From NCBI RefSeq assembly GCF_001194135.2, contig NC_068987.1, forward strand, positions 44,948,269 to 45,011,224: a DNA stretch of 62,956 bases. The letters are read 5' to 3'. The notes under the pieces were generated by a model. The model saw only the letters and a list, made by a program, of their open reading frames with translations, made no database searches and was not told where the DNA came from. This document shows positions 24,596 to 38,200 of the stretch, piece by piece. The stretch's first letter is position 1. Every line of letters begins with the position of its first letter. This DNA comes from Octopus bimaculoides (taxonomy: Eukaryota). The position numbers and the translations under genes were made by a program.

Positions 24596-25451
24596 GAGGT
24601 TAAGTGAGTGGGTGGGTGAGTGAGTGATAGATACACACAATTTTCAAAATAACTCTGGAAGTTCCATAGGTACCACTAGGTTTTATTATTAGGGCAGCAA
24701 GCTGGCAGAATTGTTAGCACACCAGACAAATTGTTTACCAAATTTTGTCCAGCTTTATGTTCTGAATTCAACTTTGCCTTTCAACCTTTTGGGGTTGATA
24801 AATTAAGTACTAGTCAAGAAGTGGGATTGATATAATTGACTTGTCCCCTTCCCCAAAATTTCAGGCCTTGTGCCTATTTTAGAAAGGATTATTACCATTA
24901 TTACTATGCCCATGCTGGCACCACATACAAAAAACACCTGTACTGGAGCTATGTAAAAAGCACCTGTACTGGCACCACATGTAAAGCACCTGTGCTGGCG
25001 CCAAGTAAAAAGCACCCATGTAGGTGACACTCTGTAAAGTGGCTGGCATTAGGAAGGACATCCATCTGTAGAGACCATGCCAAGACAGACAGTTGTAGCC
25101 TGGTGCAGTCTTCTGACTAACCAACTCCTGTCAAACCACCCAACCCATGCCAGCATGGAAAATAGATGTTAAATGATGATGATGATGCAGTGAGCTTGCA
25201 GAGTTGTTAGCATGCCAGACAAAATGTTTAGCAACGATTCATCCAATTTTACATTCAAAGTTATAAATTCTGCTGAGAACGATTTTGCCTTTCATCTTTT
25301 TGGGATCAATAAAATAGGTATCAGTCAGATATTGAGGTCAATATAATTATCATTTTATTATTATTGTTGTTATTCAGGATAAGAAACTTGCCTTAGATTT
25401 GAAGAGCAATCAGGAATGTGTGGGTACCCTGATTTTTATGTACTTTGGAAA

Positions 25452-26218
25452 CATCATCATCATCATTTAACATCCGCTTTCCATGCTAGCATGGGTTGGA
25501 TGATTTGACTGGGGACTGGCGAACCAGATGGCTACACCAAACTCCAATCTGATTTGGCAGAGTTTCTACAGCTGGATGCCCTTCCTAACGCCAACCACTT
25601 CGAGAGTGTAGTTGGTGCTTTTTACATGCCACCAGCATGAGGGCCAGTCCAGCAGTACTGGCAACGGCCAAGCTCAGATGGTGTTTTTTATGTGCCATCT
25701 GCACAGGAGTCAGTCCAATGTTTTGCTCACATGCCACAGCCACGAGTGCCAATAAGGCGAAGCTGGAAACGATCACGCTCAAATGGTGCTTTTTACGTGC
25801 CACCGGCTCGGAAGTGAGACCGCTGCTCTGGCAGTGATCCCGCTCGGATGGTGCTGCTAGCGCTCCACTGGCACGGGTGCCAGTCATCGAATTTAGTTCA
25901 GTTTCGATCTCACTTGCCCCAACAGGTCTTCGCAAGCTGAGTTTAGTGTCCAATGAAGGAAGTTTGGCATGGGTGCCAGTCAACGAATTTGGTTCAATTT
26001 TCGATTTCGATTTCACTTGCCTCAATAGGTCTTCGCAAGCAGGGTTTTGTGTCCAAAGAAGGAAAGGTACGCATAAGTGGGCTGGCTACACCCCTGGTAA
26101 AGGCCCCGGGTTATGATCTCACTTGTCTTGCCAGGTCTTCTCACGCACAGCATATTTCCAAAGGCCTCGGTCACAAGTCATTGCCTCGGTGAGGCCTAAT
26201 GTTCAAAGGTCGTGCTTC
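25452..26218 (-). mobile_element. 5'-truncated RTE LINE 3' end (same family as 3961-5260)
   Basis: Minus strand KHDL*TLGLTEAMTCDRGLWKYAVREKT followed by homologous 3' UTR and (GAT)n tail. Confidence 0.85.
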
Positions 26219-26270
26219 GCACATACATACACACACTTACACATGCACATATATATAATATGTATATATA

Positions 26271-27147
26271 TGAGGTGGTATCAAAAAGTTCCTGGGTTAC
26301 TTATGTTTAATAAAATATAACTTATTTACTTAAGTTTTAATACCTTCTCCCTGGAAATAGTCATGTTGTGCAGCAATACATTGATCCCAGCATTCCTGCC
26401 ACTTTTGGAATCCAGCCTGATAGTCATTTCCTGTAAGTGAGTCAAGGACCTTCTGCAATTCGCTCTTGATCTTAACAATGGTGTTAAAACAGTGATCTTT
26501 GAGCTGCAGAGGAGATGGAATCTGCAGGTGCTAAATCTAGTGAATAGGTGGATGTGGAAGCAATACCATATTGTTTTTGGTGAGAAACTCATGCATGAGG
26601 AGAGCTTGGTGACAAGGTGCATTGACATTATGAACAATCTAATTCTTTGCACTCCACAGATCCAGTCACTTTTGCTGAACGTACTCTCTCGAATGCTTCA
26701 AGATGTTGATTGTCCTCCGGTGATCCTCATGCACAAGCTGACAAATTTTCTTCACATTTCTGGGGTGACAACTGTGGCAGATCTTCCAGATAGCTCATCA
26801 TCTTCCAGGGACATTCTTCTGCTTTTGAAGTGTCACTCAAAACATTGCATACAACCTATTACCCCTTATAGCTGTAGGCTTGCCAACACATGCTCAATGT
26901 CTCTGTAGCAGACTTCCCAAGTTTAACACAAAATTTCATGTTGGCTCCAAGTTCCTGTCTATGCAGACTACAGCATACACATAATCACAAAAATACAAAT
27001 TTCACAACTTGTGAAGTAAATGCAGTGATGTAACTTGGCATACTGCTTCATGAAGGTCACTGCTAGCTCTCACTGTGCATGCAACTGTGTGCTGCCGTCT
27101 GTTGGCACACTACAGAAGTAGCCTGGGAATATTTTGAAACCAACTTG
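26271..27147 (-). mobile_element. Mariner-like transposon (second family), internally deleted
   Basis: TA|tgaggtggtatcaaaaagttcc ... ggaatattttgaaaccaacttg|TA; minus-strand ANMKFCVKLGKSATET (N-term) and FQKWQECWDQCIAAQHDYFQGE (C-term). Confidence 0.85.
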
Positions 27148-29954
27148 TATATGTTATGTATACAGAATATCGTCATCATCTTATATATACATATTATTAA
27201 GTACGAAAATGGAGAGATTTAATGGATATAAATTAATTTATTAACACTTTTAATAAGGCCTACAATTGTTTCAATTCGTGCTCAATACAAATTACAAACT
27301 TATATATTTATGTATATAGTTGTAAGCGTGACTGTGTGATAAGAAGCTTGCTTCCCAATCATATGGTTCTAGGTTCAGTCCCACTGCATGGCACCTTGGG
27401 CAAGTGTCTTTAACTATAGCCTTGGGCCAACCAAAGCCTTGTGAGTGAATTTGGTAAATGGAAACTGAAAGATGCCCTTTGTATGTATGTATGTATGCAT
27501 GTATATATGTATGTATGTATATATAAATATATATATGTGTGTGTTTGTGTTTGTCCACCACCACTTGACAACTGGTGCTGGTGTGTTTATGTTCCTGTAA
27601 ATTAGTGGTTTGGCAAAGGAGACTGCTAGAATAAGTACCAGGCTTAAAAAAAATACTGGGGTCAATTCATTCAACTGAAAATTCTTGTAGGTGATACCCC
27701 AGCATGACTGCAATCTAATGATTGAAACAAGTAAAAAAAAACGATAAAAGATATAACGCACACATGCACATGTGTGTGCACGCATGTATGTGTGTGTACA
27801 TGTAACTGTGTATCCAAATTTTATTTAGAAGCTACAAAACAATCCCATCCACTAAAAACCATTTGTATTATCATTCGATTTCTATAGAGAGGTTTGTTTA
27901 CTCTTTATTTTGATATAATGCAGAAATGTTTTTATATGAACTTTAAAAACTTTTTTACACTTCTGTCAGGAAATCTTACAGCTATTTCATTTCCCTTCTC
28001 TCTAGAGAAAAAGAAAGGGTAAGAGATGTAGAGGGAAAATATGAGAAAGAGAGAGACTAAAAGATACCCATGAAGCGGAAGATGTGGAAAAGGTTGTGTA
28101 GGTAATGGGAGAAAGAAAAAAGATACTTAATTAGACATAGAAGGATATCAATGATGGCAGGAGTTCATTTACATTTTTATTGATCTCTCCTATGATTGCT
28201 TTTAGCTGGATTTAGATGTTTTCAGAAAATTAACTAACATCACAAGAGGTGGAATAATAAGTGCTATCTATGACAGGAATATTTCAAGCCAAACAGTTCA
28301 TTGCAAAACCTTTATTGATTTAAATACTAAGATCATTTATAGTGGATTCAATGTGACTTGGATTGGTCATTCTCTGTTGCAGCATTTTTTTGTATTAGAT
28401 GAACACAATTTCTTCCCTTAAAAGTTGTAGTGTTAAAATGATTACAGATTTATATCTACAACAATAGTAAGTAATATGCTAACATAGGTGAATACAATAT
28501 ATTGTACCTAATTTCTCACAGTGGAATTCGAAGTGCTAATTATCCATCCATCTACACCCAATTATTAATGTATGTGTTTACAGGTATGGTAAAGTGAAAC
28601 TAAAGAACAAACACATTCAAATAAACAGTTTATTACAACTGACTATTCTAAGAAACTTTATACTGGATTTAATACTGGTTGGAATGTCATGTGGATTTCA
28701 CCTCCAGAAAATCTACTGTTTTCCACTTCAGTTAATCCATTGTCAGTTTCCATTATTGGTTTAAATACTTCACCTGAATTCATACCAATTAATAAATGAG
28801 TATTTTTTTTATGTAATTTGTGGCCTATTAAAGATGGTTTCATAGGTGTACAATTGCAAATTATAATAAATTGATGTGCTGCAGTATAATATTAGTTTAC
28901 ATTCACCTATATAGGTATAAAAGTGTAAACAAACTCCTGCCATCATTGCTATCATTCTCTGTCTAATTAAGTATTATGTGAGTGTTCCATGCAAACTATA
29001 AGTAACTCCTTAGTCCTAAAAAAAAAGGAAACTCTTCAATGAGCTTTGTGCCTGGTTAACCCATATCAAGAGGACTTCCTCATTCTCAGATAAAACCAAA
29101 TGAAGTTGACAGAGATCATTTTAGTTGTTCTGTTTGATAAGGAAAATAAGTGATGGCTCTTTGAAACCATCAAGACTCAACCTATCAATGCTTTATGTGG
29201 AGTCATCTGTCCAACTTCACCCAACCTCACCCTGCATACAAGACTGGAAATGTACCAAGAGATTTTCTAGTGCCTTTCTTTAGGAAATTCAGTCTGACAA
29301 TAGTGGCTACTCTCTTAACTGTTGACATATATAATTGAAGCCAGTCAGACAACACCCTTTACAGTTTGAGGAAAGGAGCTGATTCTGGACAGTCAGTAGT
29401 TTGTCCTACACCACACAGCAAATAATTGTTGTGCCAGCTCCTAAAAGCTTGCATGACTGTTGAGGACTTAGGCTCCAACAAAGTGATCTTATTTGTTATA
29501 AAATATAATCAACAAGTATAGTAACATGGTTACCTTTGTTACTAACAAGGAGCTCTTTGGTGTTGGGCTGCATAATGTCAAATGATAATCAGCAAGCCAA
29601 CATTAAAGCTATCTGGAGAATCTTTGGTTTTGACAGCCACCAATGCCACCCTGTCACTTAACAGTGGACAACTTTGCAATTCATCTGGAGACTAGACAGA
29701 AAGGTCTCTTCACAGAAACTACAGTTCATTATTTGGTATACTTACTGTCTACTACTGCACTAACTGTTTTTTCAAACTCTACCAGCTGGACAAATTTGTT
29801 TGTTCAACTGGTAGAGTTTCTCCCTTCAGTATGTAGGGATGCCAACCTGCTACACCTGGACTAGTCAGCAGATATGAAATCAAAGAAAACATGGTTGTTC
29901 AGTAGGAGGATACAAAGAAGTCAAGGCAAGCAATGCTATTGGTCATTGACCGTT

Positions 29955-30355
29955 GCAAGGACAGAGATTGTTTTTATGTTCACAACATGTGGAATTGATG
30001 AACCTCATCTATTCCGGAATGAGAATAAAAACAATATAGAGGAACACTAACTGAATCAAGTCAGAAGACAGTATATGGAATGTTGCCTTAATGTTTACAA
30101 TCAAGCTCTTTGCTACCTGTCCTGTTAACTTCAGATATTGAACAGTGCATGGGTTAACTGTAAGATACTAGAGGCAGATAAGGGAGTGGAAGTAGCACAT
30201 GAAATCTTCACATGATAAACTACAATATTGATGACTTGTATCAATTTGTTAATGAAAATGAACTTTGGTTGGTGGATAACCTGAACTGTATCGATCATAA
30301 CATCATGACCACCATTGAAAATGACAATGGAGATCTCTTCTTCATTGATGGGGAC
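29955..30355 (+). pseudogene. Helitron Rep/helicase remnant (region just before the PIF1 Walker A motif)
   Basis: FTTCGIDEPHLF...VYNQAL and NYNIDDLYQFVNENELWLVDNLNCIDHNIMTTIENDNGDLFFIDG resemble the Helitron segment ending GGxFFLDAPGGTGKT (recall-based). Confidence 0.6.
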
Positions 30356-30556
30356 ATAAACACACAACACTAGGTGGAAGAATACAAACACAGACAAAAA
30401 GAGACACACCTTCGACAGGCTTCCATACAGTTTCCATCTAACAAACTCACTCACAAGGCATTGGTCAGCCCAGGGTTATCGTGGAAGATACATTGTGACT
30501 GAACTTGAAACAACATGGTTGCAAAATGAGCTTCTTAATCACACAGCCATGCTTGT

Positions 30557-30591
<35 letters not shown>

Positions 30592-30694
30592 NNNNNNNNN
30601 NNNNNNNNNNNNNNNNNNNNNNNNNNNNNNNNNNNNNNNNNNNNNNNNNNNNNNNNNNNNNNNNNNNNNNNNNNNNNNNNNNNNNNNNNNNNNN
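30592..30694. other. Assembly gap (N); other gaps at 33746-33755, 34519-34528, 37870-38209, 47946-48561
   Basis: N runs. Confidence 1.
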
Positions 30695-31019
30695 ATATAT
30701 ATGGTGGATTCTCTTGTCATGAATGACAAATGAAGGTTCAGTAAAAGAAAGTGATAATCATGTTCTATGGACATGAATGTGTCTCTTGAGGCCTGCTGGT
30801 GTCTTGCAAACCTTTTCACAAAGGGAAGGAGTTGTGGACTCAGTTTATTTGAATGCTTGTGGGTCATTCACTATGTGTTTTCGTGAGTGGACAGCAAGGC
30901 CTGCTTTGCTTCATGCCACAAAACCACAATGACAGGTAAGGTTTCCAGTTAAAGGAATAGTGTTTTGCCAGCATGCCTTGATGCTTGCATGAAGTTGGCT
31001 TGTTCAACCAACAGTGCTT

Positions 31020-31190
31020 CAAAGCAAAAACTAAGATTTTGGTGCAGACAGTTCAAGATTTGCTCTTTGCAGATGATTGTGCATTTGTAGCACATACTCT
31101 TGAGGACATACAATGGATTCAAAACAACTTCTCATGTGCATCGAATGCTTTTGGTCTGACCATCGACATCAGGAAAACTGAGCTTGGCCG
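31020..31190 (+). mobile_element. RTE/BovB-type RT fragment
   Basis: KAKTKILVQTVQDLLFADDCAFVAHTLEDIQ...FGLTIDIRKTE (RT domains 5-6). Confidence 0.8.
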
Positions 31191-31886
31191 TCAGCCCATT
31201 CATGACCATCTTCCCTGCTGTTGCCCATGGGAAAGAAATTATTTCTAATGCAAAAAAAGGTGTAGAAACACCATATCTGTCCAGTGCTGTCCCCATTGGA
31301 TTTCCCAGACATGTTTCTAGCTTTTTTGCTGTTATCAGTGAGAAGCACTGAAAAGAGGCAACACTGGACAGACTTAAAGCTGCAGTTTTAACTGAAACAC
31401 AGTCAATAACACTTCTTGAGTTGCACCATTAGATCACCAGGTGAGAAAAAATTACAGCACTCATGCACACACACTTGCTCTTTTATTATTTCTCATTGAC
31501 AGAAAGTTACAAAAGTAACTTGAGTACCAAGAGTTTCATGCAAACACCGTTTAATAAGTGTCATACACAAAACTCTCAGGCCTTGAATCACTTTTGTAAC
31601 TTTCTGCTGATGAAAAGGAAAATAGTAGATATATATATATTCATGTATTGAGTTACATTTCTCCTGTTTGTTCTTCCAAGCCTATATGTTGTACTTGCAT
31701 GCATGCATACATCTATACATATGTATGTGTTAATAAGTTTACTTAGAATTGTATTACTTAAAGTTTCACTGAAGTGAGAAAAGTTTCATACCTGCATATT
31801 TTTCTCTTTTTTCTTTTGTGATATGTATTTGGAATGTTGTTTATCTGGTGGTCGTTTCAGAAGTAAAAAAAAAAATTGCCATTATT

Positions 31887-31972
31887 TTTATTATTGTTGT
31901 TGTTGTTGTTGTTGTTCTTCTTCTTCTTCTTCTTCTTCTTCTTCTTCTTCTTCTTCTTCTTCTTCTTCTTCT

Positions 31973-32019
<47 letters not shown>

Positions 32020-32055
32020 TTCTTCTTCTTCATATTATTATTATTATTATTATTA
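31887..32055. repeat. Compound (TTA)(TTG)n(TTC)n(ATT)n microsatellite
   Basis: Direct reading; source of the poly-L/S/F ORFs. Confidence 0.97.
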
Positions 32056-32166
32056 GGCTCAAGTAGAAAGTCTTGAAGTATTTAGGTACAACATTTTATG
32101 TTCAAAATTGTTCATCATTATCATTGCCATCACCATCAGCATCTTTGTCATTACCACTACCACCAC

Positions 32167-32198
<32 letters not shown>

Positions 32199-32702
32199 CT
32201 CTTTTCCATATTGGCATAGGTTTGATGGCAGTGTGTTATGGCTAGGTGTCATTCTTTGTTGCCAACCCTTTTGGTTGCTTCTCACAACATTCAGGGACAC
32301 AGCGTACCTATTGCAAAAACTGTGATGCATACAGTGAGACACAATGGTTAATATCATCCTAAATTTATTTTGTGTGTAAAAAATATATGATGGAATATCT
32401 TTGATCATAGTTGGCTTGTGGTTAAACAACAAGACTCCACATCTCACTATATCACAGAATTTTATTTATTACTATAGCCTAATTCTAAATTTAAACCTGT
32501 CGCTTCTTTCAATGAGATAAATGCAGTGGTTATTGTTTGTTTTCTTCCCTCTTCTCCACTTCACACTTATGTCCTATCACACTTATGTCCTATGAAACAG
32601 GTCCTATCTCTGTCAAGAACTATTTAATGTTAACTTCATATTGTCAGTCAGACACTGTTCCTTAATTACATATATAAACATTTATTTGTTCTTTAATTTC
32701 AG

Positions 32703-32726
32703 GCTATAAAGAGTCATTTAAATCAG
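32703..32726 (+). CDS. Candidate 24-nt microexon (AIKSHLNQ)
   Basis: tttatttgttctttaatttcag acceptor with about 49-nt AG-free zone; CAG|gtaatt donor; phase 0-0. Confidence 0.45.
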
Positions 32727-35229
32727 GTAATTATTGCCTCTATTCCATCCCTCTCAGTTACTTCGTTTCTGTCTCTACTTACCTGGAGCTGGTATGGTAA
32801 TAAGTGTATGTGTGTATTTATCCACAGATGCATGTGTGTGCTCGCATGCGCGTGCGCACACACTCACACACACACACACACACACTGTACTAGTTATTGA
32901 TATTGGTTGTCATGATATATATTGCAATATTACATCAACTGTATGGACCACACTCTTATAAATTATATGTTTTTGAATCTTTCGACTGTCTCTTCCTCCC
33001 TCAAATTTACATTATAAATAATTATCATCTTGGTTGATTATTATTTTTGGTTATGTCATTTGCCATGTTTTTGACAAGTGACAAATTAAATCATGGTATA
33101 GCACATACATAGATAATAGAAAGGTGTTCAATAAATCTTTTCATGTGATTCAAATGTCCCAGCTATTTCTATATTCGCTGGTAATTATAAAAACATTACT
33201 GAACTTTCGTCTGACAATGAATGTTGAATGTTGCTGTTCTGTCATTTTAATTTTTATTTACTTAATTGTTTCTGTTGATATTCTTTATCTTAAATTTACA
33301 TTGTATTTTATATTTTCTTGTATCATTGAAAATCATTTTATAATTTTCCCCCAAGAAGTATTAAAAAATTTTTTTTCTTTTTATGCAAAATCTTGCATCA
33401 TTTTAATAAGAATTGTAAATATATTTCTTCCTTGAACCACCAGAAAATCTCCCTGATTGTGGCCTGAGCTTAACAGATACTTGTTTTTCTTCTTTATCTC
33501 TAAAAATTAATGTAAAACTTTGGTCAGTTTTGTAAAATATATCTTAAACTGCCTTAAAAGCCACTCTATTGGACGACTTTTAAACTAGTTCCTGTGGAGG
33601 ACTCTTCATTGGGCTTTGATCCCAATAATGACACTTCGTGCATTGAGTACATATTAAATTTTATTAAACTTGACAAATATTTTTCAAGCAATGAACAATT
33701 TTCATCAAAACAATGATATAATATGTCTGACTTGAAACTTATTGTNNNNNNNNNNCAGTTTTTTTTCTTTCAAACCTCTTTCTTTCTCTCTCTCTCTCTT
33801 TCTGTTGATTGTTTTTCACCATCACCAGTACCACCACCATCGCCACCACAACTGCCAGACACACCATTCAGCCACCAACATCAATACCTTTTCCACCACC
33901 AGCACCACTGTCTTTCACATCCCTTACTATCGACCTCCTCAGCTACCACCACCATCATCACTGTTGCCTCTATCACAACTACAGCTCATACTATTACTAT
34001 CACCCCATTACCATCTCAACTGCCAATCTACTACCCACCTCACCATCTCTATGCCTACTATTACTCTCACCCCTGCAAGAGGAGTAGAAGAAGTGTCATT
34101 GAATAGTGACACACTGGCACACAGAAATTCATTTTGGCATTTATTATTATAGATGACTGAGTAAAACTTTAAAATTATCATATTATGTTCTATCTTTGGC
34201 AATTCAACCATACCTCTGATCAGAGTGGTATGTATAAAGAGCCCCCCCCCTCCCAGTACTTTTTTGTTATCTCACCCCCATTAAAAAATTGGGTTATTTC
34301 CCTACATTTTATGAGAAATATCGGTACTTTTGGTTATCTCCCTCAACTAAAAGAATTGTTTAACCCTCAGTAAAACAAAAACAAAAAAAAAACAAAAGTG
34401 AAACGATGAAACATTGTATTGAATCTGATATTTTTTTATAACATAAGGCAGCGAGCTGGCAGAAATGTTAGCACGCTGGGCGAAATGCTTAGCAGTATTC
34501 GTCTGTTTACGTTCTAAGNNNNNNNNNNACTTTGCCTTTCATCCTTTTTGGGTCAACAAATTAAGTACCAGTTGTGTACTGGGGTCGATCTAATCTACTG
34601 GCCCTCGCTCCAAAAATTTTGGACCTCGTGCCTAGAATAGAAAAGAATATCTTTATAACAAATCATACAATACTGGAAAGATTAATAAACATGAAAGTTG
34701 AAAAGGTTAATAAACATGGAAACTGAAAAATATTAAACATGTTGTTATATTGCAAAATATCAGTTTGTTTATATATTATTCTTCATTTCTCACTTTAGCT
34801 CTAGACCAACCCTGATCAAACAGCAGCCATACTGTTTTTTTCTAAGGACATAGTGTATTAAAAACAGTAGAATATGATATGAGGGAGATTTGGCTGCTAT
34901 TTTTGGCAGGTCAAGTGACCACATGGAGGCTCTTTCATTGGATTGTTGTTCCTTTGTTATTTGAACCAGTCCTTGAAAGTTACTAACTTGTTAATTGTAA
35001 AGATGTACAATCTTCTACCACAGTGTGCAGTTTTGTAGTATATAGAACAAATATCTAAATAAGTAATATTGAGCTTATTGTATGCAGTACCTGGGTGCAC
35101 TCAACTAGTCAGAAGTTGACAGAAAACAACCATAGATCAAGTAAAGAAAGGCAGCAATGAAAACTAGTAGTACATGCTCAATACACAGACTAAAACATAA
35201 AATGATAGAAACGTGAACAGTAAAATAGT

Positions 35230-38200
35230 TGTGATGTAAAGGAAGAAAAAGATCGAAGTGAAGAGAGAATTATGGTAGTCTTACTTGTCAGTCCGGAAAA
35301 AGGGTCACTTTCAACATCCATGTGCTGTCTCGATCTCCAAGGTTCACTCCACGTCCATGTGTGCTATCTGTCGCTCACTGTACAGTCTCACATGTCCGCT
35401 CTGATGTGCTGTCTGCCGCCAACTGGCCCCACGTGCTTCGCTGATGCCGCATGTCCACTGCGGCACTTCTGGTGGGATCCATGGGCCCCACTTCTGACAA
35501 GACATGCCTATTCCCTCTTTTCCGATCCTTCCCTACAACACAGTCTGGCTCATAACATCATACGCCCCGCCCCCTCTGATCTGAAGCTCATTCAACCAAC
35601 CTGCCCATGCCCTCTTCTTTACTCCAACCACATGCCTTAACTTGTCTCGTAATCAGCCAACCAGTGAGGAGGGCACTGCTCCCTCTGTGACCGCCATGGG
35701 ACTTCAGGACTGGCCTCAGTTCCTGGCACCTTCCTGCTCACTTCATCCTCTTGTCCATTACTGTTGGCCCCATCCTCTGTTGCAGTGATGATCCTGCGCA
35801 CATCCAAAACATGTTGTGGTATACCATCTACGGACACATTGTTCCTTGAATTCACAGAAGTTATTGCCCCATTTCCCCACTGTGATGTGCACTGTGCAAT
35901 TTGGGGGCTTAACCCAAATTTCTTCTCCGACCTGCACAAAGGCATGCTCTTTCTCTTCTGTGGGATGCGGCAATGCGGTACATGGATGCCTCCACTTGTG
36001 CTTGAATATTGCCCTGTGTGGCACTGAATCCTCAGCCTGTCCCGTCCTGGGTGACATATTATACCAAAAAATGGCCTCGATCGGTGAGATGTGGCCCCTC
36101 TCTGCTATGGTCTTGATGGTACGATGATACTTCTCCACAACCTCATTGCCACTTAGCCAGTATGCCACCTTGAAGAAACGGCTGACATGACACTTGTTGA
36201 GCATTTCCGTCAGCACCTCTGAGCAAAATGCAGTGCCATTGTCTATAAGCAGCTCATCCACAGGGCCTCATTCTAGGAATATCTCATTCAATATTCTTGT
36301 GATTTCCTCCCTGGTCCCCATCTTCATCTCTCTCCATATGGCCAATCACCCTGGTCCACAGTCGACCATTGAGACGTATGTCCCCTGCCAGTAGTGCGTC
36401 ACATCCACTGCCAGTCATTTCCAGTTGTGTTCCACTGGAATGCTTCCTGCCTCATGTACACCCGAAGCAGGGTCAATGGACTGGCACCTGTCACAGCTCC
36501 CAACTATTCTTTGCACACTGCCTGATCATGTCAGAGTCAACTTTCCTGTCTAGGAACAGGGTCCTGTCCACCCCCATGTGATGCATGGTATGAAATCTCC
36601 TCAGCTCTGAGTCACTCAGTCAACACGCCGCAGCCACTCCTTGCTCCAGATCCTCTGGCACCTGCAACCAGGCTTTCTTTACTCTGGTCAGGACATCTGC
36701 TCTATTCCTCTCAGAGGGCACAAAAACCACACTCAGCCTCAGATCAAATTCAGCAGCTAACTCACCCAGAATTCCCAGACAGCATTTTATCAGCATCTCT
36801 GCACCCCCTTTGGTTCACACCCTCTGTTCGCCTGTGATCACTGATCCCACCCATCTAAGTAGAGTGGCCAAATCAGTCTGGATCTCAATGGTACACAGCC
36901 CCCACCTCAGGGCCGGGTTCAGCCCTTTCAGCACGGCATCCAGCTCCACCATGTTGATGTGGTTGCAGTCGTCCTTCTTCCTAAGCCAGGCTGCATCCTC
37001 CACCATGACACCTCCAATTTCCAGGACAACTCCCGTTCCTATCCTGCTGGGATCACACCACATGATCCCCTTCTTCAATTTGGGCACATACCAGTTCGCT
37101 CTTATTGGGTCCTCCTCAGTCACCCTCTCCAAGACTTCTTGCATCATGGCAGTTGTCTTCTCGCCCACATTATCACTCCACCTCACTCCTTCAACTCACC
37201 TCTTGATGAAGCTGCATGCCGTCCGTTGTCATCCTGCAATCGGGTAGTGTCCCAGCAGCTTCCCATGCACAGAAAACAGTTCCTGCCTACTTTTCTTTGA
37301 GCCCAGTTCTGGGATCTCATTCCCTCTCTGAAACACCAACACACCGGCCTTGTCTTTCCATAGCTTGAGTCCCAGTGCAGCTCCTCCTTCCATTGCCTCC
37401 AGTGGTTTGGCAGTTAACCCAAAACTCTTCAGGTGGCTTATGACCTCCTTTGCCAACACTATGCTCTAGTTCACCAGGATGTTATTGATAAAGGAATTGG
37501 TAGGTCTTTTCACTATGTTGGCCTTTCCCAGGATGGTTTTGAGAATTGTCGCCATAATCTTCGGTGCTGAATTTAGCCTGACTCCCAACCTGGTCAGGCA
37601 GTATGTCCGTCCCTTATACCTTACCAGCTGATATTTCCACAGTCTCTCAGCCATATGCAGCTGCAGGTATGCTGACTTCAAATCATTGATTTGGAGGCCC
37701 TTGTCATCTGCCTCCACTCTCTCAAGGTTTTGCTACAAATGTCCGTAGCCTCACCACCCATATGGCACAATACGTGGTCATTCAGCTCTCAGAAATCCAA
37801 TACTGAGCTGACTTTATGCTTCGTCGACTGCACCACTGCCATCAGTAGTAGCACTCCACTCACCATTTCNNNNNNNNNNNNNNNNNNNNNNNNNNNNNNN
37901 NNNNNNNNNNNNNNNNNNNNNNNNNNNNNNNNNNNNNNNNNNNNNNNNNNNNNNNNNNNNNNNNNNNNNNNNNNNNNNNNNNNNNNNNNNNNNNNNNNNN
38001 NNNNNNNNNNNNNNNNNNNNNNNNNNNNNNNNNNNNNNNNNNNNNNNNNNNNNNNNNNNNNNNNNNNNNNNNNNNNNNNNNNNNNNNNNNNNNNNNNNNN
38101 NNNNNNNNNNNNNNNNNNNNNNNNNNNNNNNNNNNNNNNNNNNNNNNNNNNNNNNNNNNNNNNNNNNNNNNNNNNNNNNNNNNNNNNNNNNNNNNNNNNN

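Noticed and set aside
28383-28391. 9-nt AG..GT segment (HFF) as the missing microexon
   Set aside because: Very weak donor (TTT|gtatta) and no similarity to ELT/xLQ
28522-28583. Strong acceptor and donor pair (62 nt)
   Set aside because: Stop in phase 0 and frame-breaking; shows pseudo-exons occur here, which tempers the cassette-exon claim
31818-32325. Poly-L, poly-S, poly-F and poly-H ORFs (also 19064-19382, 42554-42829, 49499-49806)
   Set aside because: Translations of microsatellites, not genes
32758-32796. 39-nt phase 0-0 segment LLRFCLYLPGAGM
   Set aside because: Only 31 nt from the 32703 candidate (too short an intron), weaker donor, hydrophobic pyrimidine-tract-like content
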